Below are positions 50,635 to 62,800 of a stretch of DNA of 64,000 nt, piece by piece. Origin of the DNA: Macrostomum lignano (lineage: Eukaryota); contig NIVC01002294.1 in assembly GCA_002269645.1 (NCBI GenBank), forward strand, positions 62,001 to 126,000, in the 5' to 3' direction. Below the pieces are notes generated by a model. That model was not told where the DNA came from. It did no database searches and saw only the letters and a program-made list of their open reading frames with translations. Each line of letters begins with the position of its first letter. Position 1 is the first letter of the stretch. Both the position numbers and the translations under genes were made by a program.

Positions 50635-51168
50635 TACATGAGCCACAGCATTTCAGCAATTCCCCCATGAGCCACAGCATTTCAGCAATTCCCCCATGAG
50701 CCACAGCATTTCAGAAATTCCCCCATGAGCCACAGCATTTCAGCAATTCCCCCATGAGCCACAGCATTTCAGCAATTCCCCCACGAGCCAACAGCATTTC
50801 AGAAATTCCCCCATGAGCCACAGCATTTCAGCAATTCCCCCATGAGCCACAGCATTTCAGCAATTCCCCCATGAGCCACAGCATTTCAGAAATTCTCCCA
50901 TGAGCCACAGCATTTCAGCAATTCCCCCATGAGCCACAGCATCTCAGCAATTCCCCCATGAGCCACAGCATTTTAGCAATTCCCCCATGAGCCACAGCAT
51001 TTCAGCAATTCCCCCATGAGCCACAGCATTTCAGAAATTCTCCCATGAGCCACAGCATTTCAGCAATTCCCCCATGAGCCACAGCATCTCAGCAATTCCC
51101 CCATGAGCCACAGCATTTCAGCAATTCCCCCATGAGCCAACAGCATTTCAGCAATTCCCCCATGAGCT
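50635..51168. repeat. 29-30-bp minisatellite (CATGAGCCACAGCATTTCAGCAATTCCCC)n
   Basis: Direct inspection. Confidence 0.94.
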
Positions 51169-51995
51169 CTGAGTAAAACTCGATATTCCTCTTGCTGTCA
51201 CTGAACTGAAACCCTACAACTCACAGTGTCACTGCCAATATCAGTGGTGTCTGGCAACCTTCAGCAAGCAAATGTCACTGTATAAGCTTAAGCACAAGCC
51301 CGTACAATGTCACTGAAGCCGTTCGTGTGACTGAAGCATATCCATGCTAAACAGTCGCTCAGACCTCCCAGCCCGGGTCCGGCAGGGAGAGACCGGCGGC
51401 AGTGTTTGGTCGGCTTCAGCTTCAGCTTGAGAAAAATCCCAGAGAAAAGCGGATAAGCCCGGCCGGCCCTGCTGCGAGGGGGAAATGAGGCGGCACGGTG
51501 GGAACCGCGCAGCCAGAGCAAGAGTTTAAATCCCCGGGACTCTTGCGGGGCGAGAGCGATGAGGTGATGAAGGCGACGAATAGCTGGGGATTAACGGATG
51601 CAGATGATATTGAGTGCTCGGAAGAAAAATGATCTCTTTCCAGCAGTGGCCCAGGGGCGGCGGCTTGAATAATGCGACCTCTTGCTCAAGGAGCACTCGA
51701 TCAAGTTGCAGGGACTTCGCTTCGCACCTCCGTCATGCATTTATTTGGAGTTTAAAGCTCTTCACTGCCCCGCTCTGCAAGGCTGAGATGAATACAGCTA
51801 CTTTTTCTTCAATTGCAGGAAATTTATAAAAAACGGTCGCACAGACGGACCAATAAAGTTCACTAGGGGCGCTTGATTGATGCTTAGAAGAAACTATGGG
51901 TCCAGTGCATCAAAAATAATATTCACCATGTAAGTGTTGAAAATTTTGAGTTTTAATTCGTCAGGCATTGTAAATGTAAAAATACTACATGTACA

Positions 51996-52304
51996 GTCAC
52001 CAATGCCGCACTCTATCGCCGCACCGGCCTGTCCCGTCCCAGCAAAATTTTGCGCCGTCGGCGACTTCAGCTGGCAGTCCACATCCGAGCCAAGTTCTAC
52101 TGCCCACGGACAGTGCAGGAGGTCCCGTTGCTGACGTTGCAGGCACCCTACCGGCGGGGACAGGCGCGCACTCGGCGTATCGTTGACTGCCTGATGGAGC
52201 TGATGCCGACGCCCCGGACACTGTCGGTGGTGTTGCCTGAGTCCGCGCCCAAGGCCCTGAAACGCGCCCTGACGTTGTCTCTGCCCCGATCGTCACTCGC
52301 TTGA
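51996..52304 (+). mobile_element. 5'-truncated 3' fragment of an RTE-like non-LTR retrotransposon
   Basis: Reads VTNAALYRRTGLSRPSKILRRRRLQLAVHI...LLTLQAPYRRGQARTRRIVDCL. This resembles the post-RT tail of RTE-type elements (TN-ELY ... RRRL-LAGH ... RRGR). GC-rich insert in AT-rich DNA. Confidence 0.6.
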
Positions 52305-52309
52305 CTGGC

Positions 52310-52850
52310 TGGCAACTACGAGCTTTATTTTGTTGTTGTTTTTGTACTTTTAGGATATTTTGTATATCTATAATATTTTGTATGGACAACTGAAGGAGAA
52401 GACGCTACAATCAATTTTCTTAGAAATGATTAGGAGGCCGGTAAGGAATTATATATATTTGTCGTATCGCGCTTAATTGTGCATTTACTGTAGTTATGCT
52501 TTCGAGAATTCGGATTTTTCTCAAATTTTTCTCAAATTTTTCCTCTATGTGGCGAAACCCCATTCAGCGCTATGCGTTCTCTATAAAGTTTTATAAATGC
52601 ACTAGTGATACAACAAAAACACATTCCTCACATCCACGAGCTCATTTCTAAGAAAATCAAGTCCAATGCCCGCGCTTCTACTTCAGCTGTCCGTGACATG
52701 TATTTCGTACATTATGCATAGATATGTGTACCGTATTTGTTACTACGAGCTAATTGTAAGAAAAGCATATTTCGGTACAATTCTATAACGATTTAGAGAA
52801 TGTCAATATCTTTTAATGATACGACAAATATATGTTTACCGTAACGTTTA
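52310..52850. repeat. Nested degenerate inverted repeats in an AT-rich island (old foldback/MITE-like)
   Basis: Perfect 16-bp inverted pairs 52414-52429 / 52642-52657 and 52453-52468 / 52818-52833, within longer weak homology. Confidence 0.6.
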
Positions 52851-53829
52851 ACGTTGGGTCGTAATTTTACCCAGCTGATTAGACGAAGTGCCCAACAAAA
52901 GTTTTATTGTATTAATGTTTTATAAAACATTTGTTTTGCTTTTAAAGCCCTCAAATTAATAAGTCTCACAACTTTTGGCCTTTAAAGCTAATTATAGAAA
53001 TAATTTGTTATACATAGGCTCCATATTGACATTAACGCCAAGGTACAAGACGCGATGATCAAATTCAAACGAGTTAATATACTTTTTTATTTTCAGTGAT
53101 TTAATTAACTCTGTCTGAATATTGTGTGCACGCACTAATTGGAGCTAATACTGTAGTTTAACTTTTTAGAAAACAGTTAAAAGATAATATTGAAAGGTTT
53201 ATTTGTTATGTTTGCGTTTTATCAAAAAAAACTACCTTATAGAAAATATTACCTCATCCAGTCGTTTGTCGAAAAAGCAGTTTTTAATCTTAAAAAAGTG
53301 TTGTCAATCATACAATCTTCCTTTTTGTAGCAAAGACTATATATCTTGGCGAATATAGCAACATTTTTTGTTTAGAAGGTTACTTTTCCAGCAAAATTTC
53401 AAACTCTTGCTCTCAATTTTTTGGTAACTTTAGAGTAATCGAATTATCATTATACTTAATAGTTTATGTTCATTTTAAAAAACTAATTTATTCTATCATC
53501 TAGTCCTCTTATTTCTTTTTTTGTGGATTTTTTAAGAAGCTAAATTTTAAAAGCACTTAGCACTTAAGTTTTTTTATGGGCAAGTTTCTGTTATCTTCAA
53601 AGTTAAAATTCTAAATTAAAATTTTAGCTCAAATTGATATTTTTTAAGAATTTAGCCAAAAAGAAGACTGATTTTTGCTCTCTGAATCAACCATGCTTTG
53701 CTTGCAAAACCGTTTGTCCTTTAAACAAATTCTCTTCCTTGAATTTCTGTACAACCCATATTTGTTTTTTCAGCTAAACAAACTTTCGTAGCTCAATAGG
53801 AAAGCGCTGGTCAAAATCTCGATTCGCCC

Positions 53830-56800
53830 ATGGGTTCCGCGCCATCGCAGGAGCAACGACAGCCGGGCGCGGGAGACGGGGCGCCGACAGCTGGCGGTGG
53901 AGGCGGCGCCAAAGGCAAGTCTTTGTCCGACGCCACAGCGGCCCACAAGGCGAGCGCGGCGCCGACCCTCGCGTCCGAGGCGGGCGGCGGGTCCGCGAAG
54001 GCCGGGGGCCGCATCGGTCCGTCGCTGATGGCGAAGCGGCCGCAGCCGGAGAAGAGCCTGCTCAAGGAGCGGCTTAAATGGCGCAAGGGTTTGTACAAAT
54101 CGCTCTGAAATTATGCTAAAGTATTTTAATCATTCAAATCTCTGATATGCTCAAATGCAATCTCTGGCCGGATTCAGACCCCACTGAGGTGGCCACGGTC
54201 AGCATCAGCCAGGCGGGATTCTCCAAGACGCAGGTGAACATCTGCGCCGGTCAGGTGAGCTGCTCTGAGATCAATTTTGATTGAACCGCTGCACTAAATT
54301 CTGCTTTTTTTCTTATGAGGAAGTGCCATTCAGGTGACATTACACAGACTAGATGAGATGCAGATAAGCCACAAGGTGAGGTGCAAATAAGATGAGATGC
54401 AGACAGACCGCCAGGTGAGATGCAGATAAGCCACAAGGTGAGATGCAAATAAGATGAGATGCAGTCAGACCACCAGGTGAGATGCAGATAAGCCACAAGG
54501 TGAGGTGCAAATAAGATGAGATGCAGACAGACCACCAGGTGAGATGCAGATAGACCACAAGGTGAGATGCAGTCAGACCACCAGGTGAGATGCAGATAGA
54601 CCACAACGTGAGATCCCCGCCCGCAGTTCGTGGTGTTCGTGTGGGAGACGGAGGAGGGCTCGAGCCCCGGCTACAACGTCACGCAGGTGGTGCACGACGG
54701 CGACCAGTTCCGGCCGGTGCCGGGCGGCATTCACTCCGGTGCGCTGTCAAACAAAGGCAGCTTCGAGTACCAGTTCACCCTGCCCGGCGAGTACAAGTTC
54801 GTCAGCGCAGGCATTCGCTGCACACCGCTAACCGTGACGGTTGGCGATCGGAAGGAGATCTTCGCCAAGCTGGAGGATGACGGCTTCGCGCCGCGGGTGC
54901 TGCACTTGGAGGTCGGCGAGAGCGTCAAGTGGAGCTGGACTCACTGCACCGTGCCGCACCTCGTGCAGCAGGCAACCTACTGTGCTGTGCACGGCGGCCT
55001 CAAGAAGCTCAGCGCTGAGAAGTAAGCAAGATTTGCCGGACTAGCCTCTATCTACCCCCATCTGGCCTCTATCTACCCCTATCTGGCCTCTGTCTACCCC
55101 TATCTGGCCACTATCTACCCCTATCTGGCCTCTATCTACCCCTATCTGGCCACTATCTACCCCTATCTGGCCTCTATCTACCCCCACCTAGTCTCTATCT
55201 ACCCCACCTGGCCTCTATCTACCCCAATCTGGCTTCTATCTACCCCCACCTAGTCTCTATCTACCCCCATCTGGCCTCTGTCTAGTCCCATCTGGTCTCA
55301 ATTTACCCCAATCTGACTTCTATCTACCCTCATCTGGTCCCTATCAACTCCCACCTGGCCTCTATGTACCCCGATCAACACTGTATGAATCACTTAAATA
55401 TTTACCGTCTATCAGGTGCAAATGCACTCGAATCCCAGTTCCTCTGCTCAGTTTCAAACCCAAGCCCCTGAAGGCGAAATCCCCAGCTAGAGAAACTGGT
55501 GGAGTCAGAAAGGTGAGCAAGCAGCCCCCTGTCTCACTCGGCAGTCGGCAGGGCTCTCCTTCTCACTCCCACCCTCACAAGCTCCTTTTCGTTACTTCGA
55601 CGCTCCCCTTTTCGGGCCTGTCCCATTCCCCTGCCCGTATCCATGGCAACCGGTGTGGCGCGTGCCGCACGCCAAGGACAGCATGGGGCTGGCGATACCC
55701 AGCCGGAATGCCTGCAGGTCGGGGCGGCCTCCGTGGCTTGAAGAGTTTTGCGAGACCATTGCCAGCCTGAGGAGCCGCCGCCAGGCCGGTTGCCAGGGGC
55801 GACGGGATCGGGCTTGATAGGGAGCGAGCAAGTGAGAGTAGGGGGTCGAGATGGAGGCGCTGGCAGTTGAATTATTTAATAGCGATGGCCGGTCCGAGTG
55901 AATCTGCGTGGAATGCTGAGCAAAGTCAGAGTGGGAGCTCACGGGAGGTCTGGATGAGCAGTTCAGAGTGAGTAGTGTGCTCAGAGTGCACCTCAAGTGC
56001 CAGGGGGTCTCCGCATTAATTTGAGTGCGAGATCACCAGCAGCTGGAAAACAATTGGCGGCGTGAGTCACAATGCACTTTTAGCTTGGGAAAACATGCCC
56101 AAGAAAACATTTCAAAACGTGCGAAGTTTTGAAAAGCGAATCTCTGTATGACAACAGGACTGCTCTCGAATCCCATTCCAGAGGGGAGATCAGCAGGATT
56201 GCTCTCGAATCCCATTCCAGAGGGGAGATCAGCAGGATTGCTCTCGAATCCCATTCCAGAGGGGAGATCAGCAGGACTGCTCTCGAATCCCATTCCAGAG
56301 GGGAGATCAGCAGGAATGCTCTCGAATCCCATTCCAGAGGGGAGATCAGCAGGATTGCTCTCGAATCCCATTCCAGAGGGGAGATCAGCAGGATTGCTCT
56401 CGAATCCCATTCCAGAGGGGAGATCAGCAGGATTGCTCTCGAATCCCATTCCAGAGGAGAGATCGCCACGATGACCGGCAGCTACGTGCATTCCTTCAGG
56501 TGAGCTCGAAAGCACCCGATAACTGCTGATCTTTCACAAGTTACACGGGTACGAAATGCACTTTTAATAACTTCCGCGACGCCCCGCAGACATCCGGGCA
56601 TGTTCTACTTCATGGCCAGCGGCAGCACGCCAGCGGAGTACCACCTGTGCATTGTGCACGTGCACGACTGCTACGGGTGAGCTGGGGGCTGGGGGCAGGT
56701 TGCTCTCCCAGACCGGGTTTGTGCAGCTTCCGGAGCGCTGATGTAGGAGCACTGAATAGGTGCTTCCTCTCTCTTCCGCCTTGGCTTTTAGCTCTCAGCT

Positions 56801-59800
56801 TTTGAACTGCGTTTTTGATTGGATTGTTTTGGTTCATGGAGGATTACTTCAGTACAGAGAGGAGGAAGCCAGTTGAGGTAGAGGGAAGATATAAGAGGTA
56901 GAGGGGTGGAGGATAGCTGGACACGGAGAGGTAGATAGAGCGGAGAGAGGGAGATAGAGGATTTAGTTGGAAATAGGGGGAGAAGGAGGTAGAGAAGGAG
57001 AGGGAGATAGAGGGGGAGAGGGAGGTAGAGAGGGAGAGGGAGGTAGAGGGGGAGAGGGAGATAGAGGGGGAGAGGGAGGTAGAGGGGGAGAGGGAGGTAG
57101 AGGGGGAGAGGGAGATAGAGGGGGAGAGGGAGGTAGAGGGGGAGAGGGAGGTAGAGGGGGAGAGGGGGATCAGCACTGAGCATGCCACTTTGCTGTTAAG
57201 CCAAGAAATATATGTAATGAAAACTTGTATAAACTAATTTTCTCTACATATCGGCTGAAAGTCCTTTGGAACAAACCAGGCTCAGCTTACGAACCATCGG
57301 GCAATCAGAATACCTGCGCCTTCCCCCCAATTCCGTCAGTAGCTTGTAACGCATCTTACCGCCGCAATTAAACTCGAACTCCAGCGAGCACCGGGTGGAG
57401 ATCACCGACCGCAGCTTCGAGCCGGCCATCCTGGTGGTGAACGCGGGCGACCGGGTCTGGTTCCAGTGGAGCAAAACCACCTGCCAGAGAAAGCACAACC
57501 CCTACGAGGTCACCATGCCCGCCAGGGGGTCCCGCCGGGAGGAGTCTTTCAAGGTTGGCGTACTGACCCCCCTGACCCTGCCGTCTGCTCACTGACCCCT
57601 GACCCTGCCATCTGCTCATTGACCCCTGACCCTGCCATCTGCTCACTGACCCCCCTGACCCTGCCATCTGCTCACTGACCCCCCTGACCCTGCCATCTGC
57701 TCACTGACCCCCCTTGACCCTGCCATCTGCTCACTGACCCCCCTGACCCTGCCATCTGCTCACTGACCCCCCTGACCCTGCCATCTGCTCACTGACCCCT
57801 TGACCCTGCCATCTGCTCACTGACCCCTGACCCTGCCATCTGCTCACTGACCCCCCTGACCCTGCCATCTGCTCACTGACCCCTCAGACCCTGCCATCTG
57901 CTCACTGACCCCCTATTACCCTAACGTTTCAATCACTGGCCCACTGTCTTCTCTGACCCCACCATCCCGTTTGACCCCCCTCCGACTCCCTCCCGCAGCT
58001 CAAGAAGCAGGGCTTCCGCTGGCCGCAGCCCAGCCGCAGCGGGTTAATGGCGCACGACTTCCTGGAGCCGGGGGTGTTCCACTACTCGGACTTCAACCAC
58101 CAGGAGGCGGCCGCCTACGTCGGCACCGTCATCGTGAAGGTGAAGCCGCAGGAGCACCGGGTGCAGCTGTCGGCAGATGGCTTCACGCCAGACCTGCTGC
58201 AGCTGGTCGTCAACGAGCGGGTGTGGTGGACCTGGGACCCCAAGGAGATGCCGCCTGCCTTCGGAATCGCGGAGGCTGGACTCACCCTGGCCGGCGGGGA
58301 GTCGCTCAGCTCCGGGGAGGGTTGCGAAGACGGCCAGTGCCAGCAGCTGGACGACTCGGCGCAGGAGGCCTTCGCCAGCATGGGCGCCCTGATGGTGACA
58401 CCGAGCCACGCGGCCATCCAGCACTTCAAGCTGAACAACGCACCAAACAGCCTGGCGTCATCGACACTCATCGCTGCGCCCGGGCCGAGGGTGAGCGGGG
58501 GCGGATTCTGATGGTTTTGGGGGCGGATTCTGATGGTTTTCGGGGCGGATTCTGGTGGTTTTGGGGGCGGATTCTGATGGTTTTCGGGGCGGATTCTGAT
58601 GGTTTTGGGGGCGGATTCTGATGGTTTTCGGGGCGGATTCTAAAGGTTTGGGGGCGGATTCTGATGGTTTAGGGGCGGATTCTGATTGTTTTAGGGGGTG
58701 GATTCTGATTGTTTTGGGGGCGGATTCTGATTGTTTTGGGGGCGGATTCTGATGGTTGGGGGGGGGCGGATTCTGATGGTTTGGGGGCGGATTCTGATGG
58801 TTTCGGGGGCGGATTCTGATGGTTTGGGGGCGGATTCTGATGATTAGGGGCGGATCCTGGTGAGTAGGGGCGGATTCTGGTGATTAGGGGCGGATCCTGG
58901 TGATTAGGGGCGGATTCTGGTAATTTGGGGCGGATTCTGATGTTTTGGGAGCGGATTCTGATTGTTTGGGGGGCAGATTCTAATTGGTTTGGGATCGGAT
59001 TCTGATTGGTTTGGGGAGCGGATTCTGATTGTTTGGGGGGCAGATTCTAATTGGTTTGAGATCGGATTCTGATTGGTTTGGGGAGCGGATTCTGATTGGT
59101 TTGGGGAGCGGAGGAGCGGCTTCGGGGAGCGGATTCTGATTGTTTGGGGGGCGGATTCTGGTAATTAGGGGCGGATCCTGGTGATTAGGGGTGGATATCT
59201 CAGGGCTTTGTAATAAATTCATTTTGAAGAAATCAATGACCGTTTTTTGCCGTCCCTCACCAGAACCACACCATCACCATCACGGAGACGGGCTTCGAAC
59301 CAAAGAAGCTCTCGGTGTGCAGTGGCGACCTGGTCTGGTGGGTGTGGCAGCGGCCCGACAGGCTGCACAATGTCCTTCAGGTGTCCCCGGAGGGCCGGCC
59401 ACTGGACGACGGCTTTCAGAGCGGCGCCCTGACGGACCCGCCCTGCGCCTTCATGCACCGGTTTGAGAGGCCCGGCCTGTACCACTACATCAGCGAGGGC
59501 CTACAGGGCGTTGTCGGGTCCGTGCAGTGCCGCTCCGCCTGCCGGGTGCACCAGGTGCAGGTGGGCGCCACCGGCCTCAGCCCCGACCCGGTGGTCGCTA
59601 CGGTCAACGACCTGGTGGCCTGGGTGTTCCGCGGACTTCGCACGCACGATGTGGTGAACATTGCCGCCATGGGCGACCTCATGGATGCGCAGCACCGGTC
59701 TCAGGTGAGCCAAGCTTTCTAGGAAACTTTCCAAGAATAAAGCTTTGAATTCCAGGAATCAGGATGTCAATTCCAGGAATCTGACTGTGGATTCTAAGAA

Positions 59801-62800
59801 TCAGACTGTGAATTCTAAGAATCAGACTGTGAATTCTAGGAATCAGACTGTGAATTCCAGGAATCAGACTGTGAATTCCAGGAATCAGGTTGTGAATTCT
59901 AGGAATCAGGTTGTGAATTCTAGGAATCAGGTTGTGAATTCTAGGGATCAGAGGCTGTGAATTCTAGGAATCAGAGGCTGTGAATTCTACAATTTAGGTT
60001 GTGAGTTCTAGGAATCAGGTTGTGAGTTCTAGGAATCAGATTGTGAATTCTAGGAATCAAGTTGTGAATTCTAGGAATAAAGTTGTGAATTCGAGGAATC
60101 AGGTTGTGATTTTTTTGTTAAAAATTAATTTGAAGCCAATATCTGCAAACCAAAGTGTGAATAAGATTCGAACCCGTGACCTACCCAGGGCCTGACCCCG
60201 CGACGCTGCATGGAGCGCGCCTTCACAGAGGCTGGCGTCTTCAATTTCACCAGCCGGGCCTTCCTGCAGCTCGGCGCCAACAAGGAGGCCCCAATGGACG
60301 AGAGCCGCATCAGCTCAGTGATTGTCAGCGACGCGCAGGACCACGCCGTCGTGCGGCTCAACGCCAGCTCCGGCTTCTTCCCGTCCGCCGTCACCATCGT
60401 CAAGGGCGACAGCGTGCTGTGGGACTGGGGAGACGCGCCCGAGTTCGAGGAGCACAACATCGTCAATGTGAACCCGCCGAACAGCGCTGTGAGCCGCCTC
60501 TGCTTAACTTAACTATAAAACTACACAAGAAGCTACTAACAAACTACTGCCACTCAACAAACTACCCGATAAACTATTCAACAAGCTACCTAAAAACCTG
60601 TGCAACTGGCTACCTACGCACTCGACAATCAAATTGCTACAATAACAACAACAGTAACAACAACAACAACAAATACAATCAGCCAATCAACGCCTTCACA
60701 ACACTAAAAATGGCCTACAGTAACCTGAAATTCTACACAAACCCCGTAAAATGACCAAAAATCTTTACACTACACGTAGAGTCTGCAAAAAAACCAAAAT
60801 ATTTATGTACGAAACAAACAACCGACAAAACAGCCTACACAGAAACCTACACGCAAGCTAAAAAATAACCTACACAACAACCTGCACAACAGCCTAAAAA
60901 CAATCTACACCACAACCTGCACAACAGCCTACACAACAACCTACACACAACCTACACCACAACCTACACAACAGCCTACACAACAACCGGCACAACAGCC
61001 TAAAAAACAATCTACACCACAACCTGCACAACAACCTATACTACAGCCTACATAACAGCCTACAAAACAACCTACACACAACCTACACCACAACCTACAC
61101 AACAACCTACACAACAACCTCACCACCACCTACACAACAGCTCGCTTACCAACCCACCGAAGCAGCCACAGCTCCAACACAGAAGTTGCCAACCCCACTG
61201 CAGGCACCGCCAGCACGGCGAACGGCGACCAGTCGTTCAACAGCGGGCGGGCGAGTCGTCGCGGCAGCTTCCTGTACACCTTCACCCGGCCCGGCATGTT
61301 CTGCGTGGCTTCGGTGGGCGCGCCGGCCGCTGCGGCTCCGTGCTGGTGCTGCCGGAGCCCGATCGAACTCCTGCACCCAAGATCGTCTCCTTTCACGAGG
61401 GCGGCACCGTTGCCATGGGAACCGTGGTCCGGCTCGAGTGCCGCGACCCCAAGGCCGTCATCCTCTACACCATGGACGGCAGCCCGCCGCTGCTGCACCG
61501 GCCCGGAGTAAAAGTGCGAGTTGGAGCTGAGTTGGGGCTGAGTTGGGGCTGAGTTAGGGCTGAGTTGGGGCTGAGTTGGGCTGAGTTGGGGCTGAGTTGG
61601 GGCTGATTTGGGGTTGAATCGGGTGCGAAAGGGGCTGCAATGGCTGTGCTCATTCAGTCATTCAGCTGCTGTGCTCATTCAGTCATTCAGTGACTGTGCT
61701 CATTCAGTCATTCAGTGACTGTGCTCATTCAGTCATTCAATGGCTGTTCTCATTCATTAATTCAGCTGCTGTGCTCATTCAGTCATTCAGTGACTGTGCT
61801 CATTCAGTCATTCAATGGCTGTTCTCATTCATTAATTCAGCTGCTGTGCTCATTCAGTCATTCAGTGACTGTGCTCATTCAGTCATTCAGTGGCTGTGCT
61901 CATTCAGTCATTCAGTGGCTGTGCTCATTCAGTAATTTAGTGGCTGTGCTCATTCAGTCATTCAGTGACTGTGCTCATTCAGTCATTCAGTGGCTGTGCT
62001 CATTCAGTCATTCAGTGGCTGTGCTCATTCAGTGACTGTGCTCATTCAGTCATTCAGTGACTGTGCTCATTCAGTCATTCAGTGACTGTGCTCATTCAGT
62101 CATTCAGTGACTGTGCTCATTCAGTCATTCAGTGACTGTGCTCATTCAGTCATTCAGTGACTGTGCTCATTCAGTCATTCAGTGACTGTGCTCATTCAGT
62201 CATTCAGTGACTGTGCTCATTCAGTCATTCAGTGACTGTGCTCATTCAGTCATTCAGTGACTGTGCTCATTCAGTCATTCAGTGACTGTGCTCATTCAGT
62301 CATTCAGTGACTGTGCTCATTCAGTCATTCAGTGACTGTGCTCATTCAGTCATTCAGTGACTGTGCTCATTCAGTCATTCAGTGACTGTGCTCATTCAGT
62401 CATTCAGTGACTGTGCTCATTTTCAAGCGCAAATGCGAGCAGCCAGGCCCAGAATGCCTCAGTGAGACTCCCCGCCCGTTGCAGACGCTCAAAGGCGAGC
62501 GGCCAATCGCTGACGATGAGGAACCTTCGGCCACCGTGAGCGCTCCTGTCACTGGGGCACAGCATCCAGAGTGCTTCATCACTTTAATTCCTATCCAGTG
62601 CTTTATTTGTTTACCGTTTTGATCACAACAAAAATAGTGAATCAGAGATGCCACCAGCCTGTGGACTCCAAACTTTGTTTCTTAGAGAATGAAATGCCCT
62701 CTTACAACCGTTTCAAGTCTTTGATTTGCTTCCTCGTCACCATGGGCTTTGAATCGAAATTTTCCTCATTTTTGTGGCTTTTGAACTGTTTGCGATGTCG

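Noticed and set aside
52354-52440. Apparent 87-bp exon (DILYIYNILYGQLKEKTLQSIFLEMIRRP) with good splice sites
   Set aside because: It is one arm of a degenerate inverted repeat, and no phase-compatible neighbouring exon could be built. It is not fully excluded without RNA data.
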